Positions 28,749 through 37,796 of a DNA stretch of 64,000 nucleotides are shown here, piece after piece. Numbering within the stretch: the first letter of the stretch is position 1; each line of letters begins with the position of its first letter. Position numbers and translations under genes: made by a program. The DNA is from Anaerolineales bacterium. Lineage in GTDB: Bacteria > Chloroflexota > Anaerolineae > Anaerolineales > UBA11858. Where the stretch lies: the NCBI GenBank assembly GCA_049644605.1, contig JBARSF010000071.1, positions 38,943 through 102,942 of the forward strand. Reading direction: 5' to 3'. Below the pieces are notes generated by a model, which searched no databases, was not told the origin of the DNA, and saw nothing but the letters and a program-made list of their open reading frames with translations.

Positions 28749-30197
28749 ATGCTATTTAATTCAATCGATTTTGCGATCTTTTTACCTGTGGTCTTTTTCC
28801 TCTACTGGTTTATATTTAAGAATGACCATAAAGGACAAAACATACTTTTATTGGTAGCCAGTTATGTTTTTTACGGCTGGTGGGATTGGCGATTCCTGGG
28901 TTTAATCCTCTTCAGCACAATTGTGGATTATTTTGTTGGTCTGGGATTAGGAAAAGAACAAAGACAATCACACAGAAAGTTAATCTTGCTGGTAAGTATT
29001 CTGGTAAACCTCGGATTTTTGGCATATTTTAAATACTATAATTTTTTCCTGGATAATTTTGTCCATTTATTTTCATTTTTCGGACAGGAGATATCAGCGC
29101 GTTCTTTAAATATTGTTTTACCTGTCGGGATCAGTTTCTATACTTTTCAAACCCTGAGTTATTCTATCGATGTCTATAACAAGAAAATTGAACCTACCAA
29201 GGATTTTTTTGTTTATTCTGCCTATGTTAGTTTTTTTCCGCAGCTGGTTGCTGGCCCGATTGAAAGAGCCACCCAGCTTTTGCCACAATTTTTTATAAAA
29301 CGAGTTTTTTCCTATTCAAAAGCTGTAGATGGCTTGCGTCAAATATTGTGGGGATTGTTTAAGAAAGTAGTCATTGCGGATGCGTGTGCAAAGTTTGCGA
29401 ATGAGATCTTTAATAATGCCGCAGATTATACGGGAAGCACCCTGCTGTTGGGAGGGGTATTCTTTGCGTTTCAAATCTATGGTGATTTTTCCGGATATTC
29501 TGATATTGCAATCGGTGTCGCCAGGTTGTTTGGATTTGATTTAATGAAAAATTTTGCATTCCCATATTTTTCCCGGGATATTGCAGAATTTTGGCGGCGC
29601 TGGCATATCTCTCTCACGACCTGGTTTAGAGATTACCTCTACATCCCACTGGGAGGAAGCCGCGGGGGTACCTGGAAAACAATCAGGAATATATTTATTA
29701 TCTTCCTGGTGAGTGGATTCTGGCACGGAGCAAATTGGACCTTTATCATCTGGGGGGCAATAAACGCCATTTATTTCTTGCCGTTGCTGCTGATGAAAAA
29801 AAACCGGACCAATCTTGATATTGTCGCAAAAGGGAAAATGGTTCCAACGCCTAAGGAAATTCTAAGCATAGGTTTAACTTTTGGTTTATCTGTTTTTGCC
29901 TGGATATTCTTTCGAGCAGAAAATATGAACCATTTATCAGTTATTTTGTCAGAAATCTTTTCCCAGTCCTTATTCAGAATACCTGAATTCTTGGGCAGGA
30001 AAGAGGCTTTTTATACCTTGCTTTGGTGTTTATTCTTTTTCCTGGTGGAATGGCTTAGCAGGGAAGATGAATTTGCTTTAGAGAAACTCGGTAGTACCTG
30101 GAAACCAGCCTTCCGGTGGATCTTTTATTACGGGTTGATTTATTCAACCTGGATTTTCCAAGGTTCGGAACAAGAATTTATATATTTTCAATTTTAG
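28749..30197 (+). CDS. MBOAT family membrane O-acyltransferase (AlgI/DltB/PatA-like)
   Basis: Polytopic membrane protein with FWRRWHISLTTWFRDYLYIPLGG and the conserved His in SGFWHGANW. Confidence 0.9.
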   Translation: MLFNSIDFAIFLPVVFFLYWFIFKNDHKGQNILLLVASYVFYGWWDWRFLGLILFSTIVDYFVGLGLGKEQRQSHRKLILLVSILVNLGFLAYFKYYNFFLDNFVHLFSFFGQEISARSLNIVLPVGISFYTFQTLSYSIDVYNKKIEPTKDFFVYSAYVSFFPQLVAGPIERATQLLPQFFIKRVFSYSKAVDGLRQILWGLFKKVVIADACAKFANEIFNNAADYTGSTLLLGGVFFAFQIYGDFSGYSDIAIGVARLFGFDLMKNFAFPYFSRDIAEFWRRWHISLTTWFRDYLYIPLGGSRGGTWKTIRNIFIIFLVSGFWHGANWTFIIWGAINAIYFLPLLLMKKNRTNLDIVAKGKMVPTPKEILSIGLTFGLSVFAWIFFRAENMNHLSVILSEIFSQSLFRIPEFLGRKEAFYTLLWCLFFFLVEWLSREDEFALEKLGSTWKPAFRWIFYYGLIYSTWIFQGSEQEFIYFQF

Positions 30198-30205
30198 GGC
30201 TGATA

Positions 30206-31144
30206 ATGAAAAAATATCTATCTAGGCTGTTTATATTTCTGTTGATACCTGCTGTAATAGTCTCAGTAATTTCAGTTGCGGTTCCCGCGACACCCAGGTC
30301 CACAAAATCTCTTCTGTTTTCAAAATTAGACAAAGATATCTTGCTGGAAAATACTCCCTCTCCCCGTTTAATTCTTATTGGGGGATCTAATTTAACCTTT
30401 GGAATTGACAGCAGCCTGTTTAAACAAGCATTGGGACTAAACCCTATTAATACCGCAATCCAGGCCAGCATTGGTTTAACCTATATGCTGAAAAATACCA
30501 TTGAATATGTTCGCCCTGGGGATATTGTGATCATTTCTCCAGAATACAGCCAATTTTATGCGCGATATGCCTTTGGCGAAGAGGAACTATTGAGGACAGT
30601 ACTTGACGTGGATCGTCAAAGCCTTAAGACCCTGAACTTAAACCAATGGCTGAATATTCTGGAATATCTCCCGAGATACGCGATTTCCAAAATCAAACCC
30701 AGTGAGTATAACTTTAAGGAGAATCCGTTTATTGGAATCTATGAAAGGAAATCGTTTAATGAATATGGAGATGTAAACATTCACTGGAATCATGAGAGCA
30801 TTGATTTTAAAACCAAAGACCCGATTGAAGGAAAGTTTAACGATCAGGTAATCAAAGAATTGCTTTTATTTGAAAACCAGGTCCTTGAAAAAGATGCCAT
30901 GCTCTTTATCACCTTTCCCTGTTTAGAAGAACATACTTACCAGGTATTTGAGGAGAACATCATCCAAGTAGAGGAAGAATTAATCAAGAATGGATTTCAA
31001 ATCCTTGGTACACCACCCCGATATCGTGTGCCAAAAGACTTGTCCTATAACACTCCTTATCACCTTAATCGGGAAGGGGCAATGTACAGGACAACCTTAT
31101 TGATCGAGGACTTAAGATCAGCTGGCATCCCCCTTGAAGATTAA
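30206..31144 (+). CDS. Membrane-anchored SGNH/DltD-like partner of the MBOAT
   Basis: N-terminal TM helix. LILIGGSNLTFG resembles SGNH block I and TPYHLNREGA resembles block V. Its position directly after an MBOAT matches AlgI-AlgJ, PatA-PatB and DltB-DltD pairs. ATG 30206 chosen (MKKYLSRL). Confidence 0.55.
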   Translation: MKKYLSRLFIFLLIPAVIVSVISVAVPATPRSTKSLLFSKLDKDILLENTPSPRLILIGGSNLTFGIDSSLFKQALGLNPINTAIQASIGLTYMLKNTIEYVRPGDIVIISPEYSQFYARYAFGEEELLRTVLDVDRQSLKTLNLNQWLNILEYLPRYAISKIKPSEYNFKENPFIGIYERKSFNEYGDVNIHWNHESIDFKTKDPIEGKFNDQVIKELLLFENQVLEKDAMLFITFPCLEEHTYQVFEENIIQVEEELIKNGFQILGTPPRYRVPKDLSYNTPYHLNREGAMYRTTLLIEDLRSAGIPLED

Positions 31145-31207
31145 CGGATTCCCTGTTTACCGTGAAATAATACAAAAATTCCTCAGTTGAGTGCTTGACA
31201 GAACAAC

Positions 31208-31248
31208 AAAACACTTTATAATTCAACCACTGAATTATAAAGTGTTTT
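31208..31248. terminator. Perfect 18-bp hairpin between convergent genes; carries the TTATAATTCA-N5-TGAATTATAA palindrome
   Basis: AAAACACTTTATAATTCA (31208-31225), loop ACCAC, TGAATTATAAAGTGTTTT (31231-31248). A and T runs on both sides suggest a bidirectional terminator. Confidence 0.75.
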
Positions 31249-31318
31249 AATTTTGATGATCTGAGAATATTATGACAGATACCTTCCCGTAAAGCTATCT
31301 TGGGTGAAGGACGGAGAA

Positions 31319-32212
31319 TTAAATCTGAACATAGGTGAGAAATGCAAAACCGCCGTACCTCGTTGGTCCACCCACGTCGGGAAGGATATGGTGAATTTTA
31401 ATTAAATCTTTTGCCTGGTTTGCTTGATCTGGATCAATGCTTCTGGTTACTACTTCATCGTTCCAGATCCAAGATATCTCACTGGAATCAAGACCTTGTT
31501 CTTCATGCAGCATTGACGCAGTGGGAATACCAGGAATATGACTGAAAATTTTATAGATCGGAGGATTATCATCAAAAAGAATGTGTTTAAAACCCTTGGC
31601 TTTTGCTTCAATTAATCGCTGGGCATGGTTTACATGACAATCAAAGAAGATTAGTGATCGCTCAGGATTAAATTCAGGAAATTGGTATGTTTTCCAATCT
31701 TGTTCAAACAATTGTGCTGGGAGATTATCGTATTCAACGTTTTTCAGATTGCGATCGAATCCATAAAGGTCTGAATCAGGGCAGGCTTGAGATAATAACC
31801 AGGTGGTGTGAGCTTTCCAGACACCGCTTTCAACGATCAAGGTGGGATTTAATGCCCGGGCAAATAAATATAGCCAGAATGCATTATGAAATCCGCTGCC
31901 GTGGGTGTTATCCCTCAACGCTCGACCACGATAGACATCAAAAAAATCTACCACACAATTCTTTGCTGAGAAATTTGAGTCCAATGAAAAATAATTATGT
32001 GCAAAAAAATCTTCCGTAATTCGAGTCAAATCCTCGATCAACATCTCCTGGTAAGCCGGGTTTAGCATATAGGAAGAGGCTGGATCGTGAACATATTTCA
32101 TCTTAAGCTTAGGTTTTTCTTTTTTCGGTGGATTTTTTTTCACTCTCAATATCTGAATGCCAAGAACATTCTTTAAAAGTGATTTAATAAATTCCTTAAA
32201 TTTTGTTTTCAT
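31319..32212 (-). CDS. Hypothetical protein, possible Rossmann-fold methyltransferase-like enzyme
   Basis: The segment LIVESGVWKAHTTWLLS...LYGFDRN resembles SAM-MTase motif I/II of CmcI/TylF-like proteins. This is a weak, motif-level call only. Confidence 0.4.
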   Translation of the reverse strand: MKTKFKEFIKSLLKNVLGIQILRVKKNPPKKEKPKLKMKYVHDPASSYMLNPAYQEMLIEDLTRITEDFFAHNYFSLDSNFSAKNCVVDFFDVYRGRALRDNTHGSGFHNAFWLYLFARALNPTLIVESGVWKAHTTWLLSQACPDSDLYGFDRNLKNVEYDNLPAQLFEQDWKTYQFPEFNPERSLIFFDCHVNHAQRLIEAKAKGFKHILFDDNPPIYKIFSHIPGIPTASMLHEEQGLDSSEISWIWNDEVVTRSIDPDQANQAKDLIKIHHILPDVGGPTRYGGFAFLTYVQI

Positions 32213-32429
32213 ACCATGCTCCTAAACGATGAAAGGTAATTATTACTAAAACAAACCTGTATTGTAGTATGTGTAAAAACAAGCTGGTAAAAACTTATCT
32301 AAATTTTACCAGCAAAGGTACCAGGCTCAGGTTTAGAAAGCGATCCATTATCCTGAAGCATACCACTTATTAGTTCATGGGTACTGACGAAGGAAGGGCA
32401 GCATGATGGTTTTTTATCGCGGTTAATGA

Positions 32430-32459
32430 TTGACGGAAAGGCCCACTCGGATTTATGAT
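32430..32459 (+). promoter_or_regulatory. Candidate sigma70-type promoter for the wzm-wzt operon
   Basis: TTGACG (32430-32435), 18 nt spacer, TATGAT (32454-32459). About 48 nt upstream of the wzm ATG. Confidence 0.35.
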
Positions 32460-32507
32460 AGAGCATGGAATAAATAAAGAACCCAAAGTTTTGATTTAGG
32501 ATAGACA

Positions 32508-33350
32508 ATGAATAAGACTGAGAAAGAGATCCAGCAGATCACAATTAATCCCCAGGAAAAGCGAAAAAGGCTCATAAATTGGCGTGAGCTATGGCAGTAT
32601 AAGGATTTATTCCTCTTCCTGGTCTGGCGGGATATTAAAACCAGGTACGCCCAGTCAATACTGGGAGTAGGTTGGGCAGTTATCCAGCCGGTCTTTTCAA
32701 TGATCGTTTTTACGATTGTATTTGGTAACCTCGCCAAAGTCAGCTCAGAAGGGGTTCCTTATGCTATCTTCAGTTACACTGCGCTGGTGCCCTGGACATT
32801 TTTTTCTTCGTCCCTTACCAGTGCGAGTGGGAGTCTGATAAGCTCAAAGAGCCTGATTACCAAGGTTTATTTTCCGAGGTTAGTCATCCCGATATCACCG
32901 GTCCTGGGAAAAATGATTGATTTTGGAATTTCCTTCTTGATCCTGCTGGGTTTAATGGTCTGGTTTGGGGTTAAACCGACCATCTGGGTATTAATGATCC
33001 CGGTCTTTATTTTATTGATGATGTTGACATCAGCTGGTGTGGGCATGTGGCTGACAGCCCTGTCGATACAATACCGGGATATTCGGTATGGTTCCACATT
33101 TTTTGTGCAACTGCTGATGTATGCTTCACCGGTGATCTACCCTGCCAGCAGTATCCCGGAAAAATACCAGGTTCTTTACGCCCTGAATCCAATGGTAGGC
33201 GTAATTGAAGGATTTCGGTCAGCCTTATTAGGAACTCGGTCCATGCCCTGGGAATATTTAGGGATAGGTTCCCTGATGGCTGTGGCCTTTTTTATTTCCG
33301 GAGCGCTTTATTTCCAGTCCATGGAACGTTATTTTGCAGATGTTGCCTGA
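32508..33350 (+). CDS. wzm: ABC-2 type polysaccharide export permease (Wzm/TagG/KpsM-like)
   Basis: ~280 aa with six predicted TM segments. N-terminal WRDIKTRYAQSILGVGWAVIQP signature typical of ABC-2 glycan exporters. Confidence 0.88.
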   Translation: MNKTEKEIQQITINPQEKRKRLINWRELWQYKDLFLFLVWRDIKTRYAQSILGVGWAVIQPVFSMIVFTIVFGNLAKVSSEGVPYAIFSYTALVPWTFFSSSLTSASGSLISSKSLITKVYFPRLVIPISPVLGKMIDFGISFLILLGLMVWFGVKPTIWVLMIPVFILLMMLTSAGVGMWLTALSIQYRDIRYGSTFFVQLLMYASPVIYPASSIPEKYQVLYALNPMVGVIEGFRSALLGTRSMPWEYLGIGSLMAVAFFISGALYFQSMERYFADVA

Positions 33351-33409
33351 CCGGAAAAATTGGTTTTCCCCAACCCGACAGGACGACAAAGAATATCGAG
33401 TAGAAAATT

Positions 33410-34702
33410 ATGTCAATCAATGCGATTAAAGTAGAAAAATTATCCAAACGATACAGAATAGGGTATGAAAAGCAAGCCCGTGATACCTTTGCTGAAGTCA
33501 TAACCGATTGGGTATCTCGTCCAATAAAAAATTACCGAAGATTAAGAAATCTGACTCAATTTGATCAATCAAATGAAGAAGTCGAAGACATTATCTGGGC
33601 CTTGAGGGACGTATCGTTTGAAATCAAGCCGGGAGAGGTCATCGGAGTGATTGGTCAAAATGGAGCGGGGAAGAGCACCCTCCTGAAAATATTAAGCCGC
33701 ATCACTTTCCCCACCAGCGGGATTGTGGAATTGAACGGAAGGGTTTCGAGCCTGCTGGAAGTCGGAACTGGATTTCATCCCGAGTTAACCGGTAGAGATA
33801 ACGTCTATCTCAATGGGACCATTCTGGGTATGACCAGGGATGAAATAAACCGGAAATTTGACGAGATCGTCGATTTCTCAGGAGTGAGTAAATTTATTGA
33901 TACTCCTGTTAAATTTTACTCCAGCGGGATGGGTGTCAGGTTAGCATTCTCTGTTGCGGCCCATCTGGAACCGGAAATCTTATTGATTGATGAAGTCCTG
34001 TCAGTTGGAGACGCAGCTTTCCAGAAGAAATCGCTTGGGAAAATGGAGGAAGTCTCCAAGGAGGGGAGGACAGTTTTATTTGTCAGTCACAATATGGGCG
34101 CTGTTAGATCTCTTTGTTCACGGGGACTGCTGCTGGAAGAGGGCGCGCTGGTTAAGGATGATGACGTGGACCTGGTGATAAATTCATATTTATCCAGTAA
34201 GGACGTTTCGACAGCAGGACGTCTGGGTTGGTCAGAGGCAGATGCTCCACAGGATAAGGAATTAATTCTGTTCGGAATTGAGTTGATTTCTGAGTCAGGT
34301 GAGGTGAAAACAACCTTCCAAATTGATGAGGGTTTTGAAATCCGCATCCATTACGAAATTAGGGAGGAAGTAAAGAACCTTCGTTTGTATTTGAGATTTA
34401 AAACTACCATGGGTGAAACGGTCTTTGCCACCTATGAAGACGCTCAAATTCAGGAAGGATTTAATCGAAAACCCGGTCGGTATACCGCCATATGCAAAAT
34501 TCCCCCCAATATCTTAAATAATCTTACCTATCGAATTTATATCGGTTTTGATTCTCCCGGTCACAAAGTGTTGATCCCGGGAAGAGAATATCTTGAAGTG
34601 GATATCATTGATACTTCCGATGGGTATCGTTATGTTAAAGGGGCCTTTGATGGGCCGATCCGCCCTGTTGTAGACTGGAACGTAGAAGAACACGAACAAT
34701 AA
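33410..34702 (+). CDS. wzt: Polysaccharide ABC exporter ATP-binding protein with C-terminal extension (Wzt/TagH-like)
   Basis: Walker A GQNGAGKST, signature YSSGM, Walker B LLIDEVL, plus a ~180 aa C-terminal beta-rich extension where Wzt carbohydrate-binding domains sit. Confidence 0.88.
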   Translation: MSINAIKVEKLSKRYRIGYEKQARDTFAEVITDWVSRPIKNYRRLRNLTQFDQSNEEVEDIIWALRDVSFEIKPGEVIGVIGQNGAGKSTLLKILSRITFPTSGIVELNGRVSSLLEVGTGFHPELTGRDNVYLNGTILGMTRDEINRKFDEIVDFSGVSKFIDTPVKFYSSGMGVRLAFSVAAHLEPEILLIDEVLSVGDAAFQKKSLGKMEEVSKEGRTVLFVSHNMGAVRSLCSRGLLLEEGALVKDDDVDLVINSYLSSKDVSTAGRLGWSEADAPQDKELILFGIELISESGEVKTTFQIDEGFEIRIHYEIREEVKNLRLYLRFKTTMGETVFATYEDAQIQEGFNRKPGRYTAICKIPPNILNNLTYRIYIGFDSPGHKVLIPGREYLEVDIIDTSDGYRYVKGAFDGPIRPVVDWNVEEHEQ

Positions 34703-34723
34703 ATTATCATCTCCTGAATAACT

Positions 34724-35614
34724 ATGAATATTGTTTATTTTTCCAAAGGGTTAAGGGGCAGCCGCTGTTTAGATCACATTTTAAAAGCGGGATACAAAGT
34801 TAAGGCAGTCGTGGGGGTAACCCAAGAAAAAGACCTGGAAGATTTAGCCAAGGAATTCAATTTTCCGATTTTAATTCCCGAAAAGTTAAATTCGACAGTC
34901 ACGGTTCAGGAGTTAAGAACCTATCATCCGGATCTTTTTATTTTATGTGGATACAATAAAATCCTGAAATCATTAATCATTGATATCCCTCCCTTAGGGA
35001 CAATTAATCTGCATGGAGGAAAACTCCCGGATTACCGGGGAGCGGCACCAATTAATTGGCAAATCATAAATGGAGAGATTGCTGGAGGGTGCTCGATACT
35101 ATATGTAGATGAAGGAATTGATACGGGAGATATTATTGCCCAGGAGATTTATCCCATAACCCCGGAAGACACCCATGCCAGTGTCCTGGAGAAAACCTTG
35201 AAGATCTTTCCCCCCTTATTGGAAAAAGTTCTTCAGCAGATAAAAAGCGGGAATGTGGAAGCCATACAGCAGGATCCAATGGAAGGTCGTTATTACTCCC
35301 GGCGTTATCCCAGGGACAGCCAGATAAAATGGCACAACATGGATGACTCCCAGGTCCATAATCTCGTACGCGCTATGCATGGTCCCTATCCGGCAGCCTT
35401 TACTTTCCGGGGAGAGACCAAAATTGAAATTGATAAAACAGAGCTGCTGCATGAAACCATCACCGGAGTACCTGGTCGAATTCCCCAGAAACGTGGAAAC
35501 CATGTAATTGTACTGGCAAAAAATCGCGGCTTGCTCATTGAGGAAATTTCAGTGGATGGTTGTTCGGTAAAACCAGCGGATTTCTTTAAGATTGGGGATG
35601 ATTTAACAGCATAA
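34724..35614 (+). CDS. Formyltransferase (Fmt/ArnA-N/sugar N-formyltransferase family)
   Basis: NLHGGKLPDYRGAAPINWQIING and DTGDII motifs of N10-formyl-THF-dependent transferases. 296 aa. Confidence 0.85.
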   Translation: MNIVYFSKGLRGSRCLDHILKAGYKVKAVVGVTQEKDLEDLAKEFNFPILIPEKLNSTVTVQELRTYHPDLFILCGYNKILKSLIIDIPPLGTINLHGGKLPDYRGAAPINWQIINGEIAGGCSILYVDEGIDTGDIIAQEIYPITPEDTHASVLEKTLKIFPPLLEKVLQQIKSGNVEAIQQDPMEGRYYSRRYPRDSQIKWHNMDDSQVHNLVRAMHGPYPAAFTFRGETKIEIDKTELLHETITGVPGRIPQKRGNHVIVLAKNRGLLIEEISVDGCSVKPADFFKIGDDLTA

Positions 35615-35635
35615 AAAGCGAGAGGAAGGTTTATT

Positions 35636-36613
35636 ATGAGTAAAGTGTTGATAACAGGTGGGGCAGGTTTTATCGGATCGTATGTATGTCGAAAACTGCT
35701 GGATATGGGTCATGAGGTTGTAGTCTATGATGCCTTTATCCAGTACATTTCCCCCCTGAAGAGCATTTTAAAAAAATATACTGAGCTGCGGTTCCAGGGA
35801 ATTGCAGATCAGATTGATTTTAGACGGGGTGATACGCGTGATAAAGCTCATTTGCGCAGGATAATCCTGGATACCAGGCCAGACAGGATTCTGCACCTGG
35901 CTGCGCTGCCGATCGCCGATCTGTCCAACAGGCATTCTGAGGAAGCGCTCACAAGTATTCTTGAGGGTGCAGTGAATGTTCTGGAAGTACTTCGTGATGT
36001 TGATTTTGTTGAGCGGTTTGTTTATATCTCATCGTCAATGATCTACGGAGATTTCGAGGAGATACCTGCTCCAGAGGATCACCCTAAACGTCCCAAGGAT
36101 ATTTATGGGGGAACAAAATATGCCGGGGAAGTGATGACAGAAACTTACAGCCGCCGCTACAACATCCCTTACAGCATTATCCGTCCCTCCGCTGTTTATG
36201 GTCCGTATGACGTTAACCGTCGTGTGAGTCAAATATTTGTGGAAAATGCCTTGCTGGGCAAACCGATAACGTTATATGGTGGTGGGCACCAGGTACTTGA
36301 TTTTACCTACATTGAGGATATCGCAGAAGGAATCATCCAAGTGATGTTCCATGAAAAAGGCGAAGGGAACGCGTTTAATATCACTTATGGAAAGGGATAT
36401 TCATTGCATGAATTTGCTGAAGTCCTTCAGACTCATTTTGCGGATCTGGATATCAAGATTGTTGAGGAAGAAGACGTGTTCCGCCCCAAGCGGGGAGCCC
36501 TCTCTATCAAAAAAGCACAAAAAATGGTTGGATATAATCCTCAAGTTTCATTGGAAGAGGGAATAAAACGTTATCTTGAGGTCTACCGGGACCTTGATGT
36601 ATATAATCATTAA
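35636..36613 (+). CDS. NAD-dependent nucleotide-sugar epimerase/dehydratase/decarboxylase (extended SDR)
   Basis: TGGAGFIGS Rossmann motif and YGGTKYAGE catalytic YxxxK. Confidence 0.85.
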   Translation: MSKVLITGGAGFIGSYVCRKLLDMGHEVVVYDAFIQYISPLKSILKKYTELRFQGIADQIDFRRGDTRDKAHLRRIILDTRPDRILHLAALPIADLSNRHSEEALTSILEGAVNVLEVLRDVDFVERFVYISSSMIYGDFEEIPAPEDHPKRPKDIYGGTKYAGEVMTETYSRRYNIPYSIIRPSAVYGPYDVNRRVSQIFVENALLGKPITLYGGGHQVLDFTYIEDIAEGIIQVMFHEKGEGNAFNITYGKGYSLHEFAEVLQTHFADLDIKIVEEEDVFRPKRGALSIKKAQKMVGYNPQVSLEEGIKRYLEVYRDLDVYNH

Positions 36614-36654
36614 AATATCTGATCTGTCCAGATGCAACAAAAAGGAAAGTAGGA

Positions 36655-37794
36655 ATGAAAATGCGAAAAATCCCCTTGTGTATCCCGTATACCGGGCAGG
36701 AAGAAAAAGATGCTGTTAACGAAGTGATTGACTCTGGATGGTATGCTCACGGTCCCAAAAACCATGAGTTTGAGGAAGGATTTGCGGATTACTTGGGCGT
36801 GAAACATGCCTTATCTATGAATTCCTGTACTTCTGCCATTCACCTGGCAGTTGAAGGTTTAGGAATCACAGGAGAAGTGATCTTGCCCAGCTTTACGTTT
36901 GTCGCGTCTGCCAATGCAGTGATAACTGGCGGCGCTCGTCCGGCATTTGCTGATATTCAGTATGACACCTGCAATATCGATCCTGGGTCGATTGAAAGAT
37001 TAATAAGTCCAGAAACGGAAGCCATTATGCCTGTCCACTTCGCCGGGCAGAGTGCCGATATGACGGCTGTTATGGAATTGGCTGAGAAACATAATTTGCT
37101 TGTGATTGAAGATTCAGCGGAAACAATCGGTGGAGAACACCAGGGAAGATTAACCGGTTCATTTGGCGTGGGCTGTTTTTCCTTTTATCCCACTAAAAAC
37201 CTAACTACCGGGGAAGGAGGTATGCTGACCACCAATGATGATGAGCTGGCCAAAAAAGTTAAATCCTTGCTGGCTCACGGCATTGACAAATCAACCTACG
37301 AGCGAGAGGATAAAGAAAAGTCCTGGTTTCGATCTGCCAGCCGGGTTGGTTACAACTTCCGATTGAGTAATATCCTGGCGGCGATTGGGGTGGAGCAGTT
37401 AAAGAAATTGCCAGAAATGAATCAGAAACGCCGAAAACTGGCGGCCAAACTGACAGAGTTACTTGCTGACATTCCTGAAGTTAAACCGCCTGTAGAAAAA
37501 CCGGAAAATAAACATGTCTACCAGATGTATACGATCCGGGTAATTAATGAATTGAATCGGGATGCTTTTGTAAGGGGATTAAATGCCAAAGGCATTGGGG
37601 CATCGATCCATTTCTTCCCGCCAGTTCATCATATGCCGCCTTATTTAGGTGATCAGTATAAACGGGATGCCTTATCAGTCACAGAAAAGGTTATTCGTGA
37701 AATTGTCACCTTACCGATGTATCCCCAGATGACGGATGATGATTTAAGCTATATGGTGGAAGCGATCCGGGATACGATTACTGAACTGAAATAA
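36655..37794 (+). CDS. DegT/DnrJ/EryC1/StrS family sugar aminotransferase
   Basis: PLP-lysine region FSFYPTKNLTTGEGGML. Length and overall pattern typical of the family. Confidence 0.9.
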   Translation: MKMRKIPLCIPYTGQEEKDAVNEVIDSGWYAHGPKNHEFEEGFADYLGVKHALSMNSCTSAIHLAVEGLGITGEVILPSFTFVASANAVITGGARPAFADIQYDTCNIDPGSIERLISPETEAIMPVHFAGQSADMTAVMELAEKHNLLVIEDSAETIGGEHQGRLTGSFGVGCFSFYPTKNLTTGEGGMLTTNDDELAKKVKSLLAHGIDKSTYEREDKEKSWFRSASRVGYNFRLSNILAAIGVEQLKKLPEMNQKRRKLAAKLTELLADIPEVKPPVEKPENKHVYQMYTIRVINELNRDAFVRGLNAKGIGASIHFFPPVHHMPPYLGDQYKRDALSVTEKVIREIVTLPMYPQMTDDDLSYMVEAIRDTITELK

Positions 37795-37796
37795 GT

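Noticed and set aside
28376-28759. The 127-aa ORF from the track taken as a genuine protein-coding gene.
   Set aside because: Its sequence is a mosaic of an acyltransferase-3 N-terminus and out-of-frame read-through. It is reported instead as a pseudogene fragment.
30116-30205. The extended N-terminus (MDLLLRVDLF…) of the MBOAT partner protein overlapping the MBOAT gene.
   Set aside because: The extension is simply the alternative frame of the MBOAT 3' end. The ATG at 30206 starts a typical signal-anchor (MKKYLSRLFIFLL).
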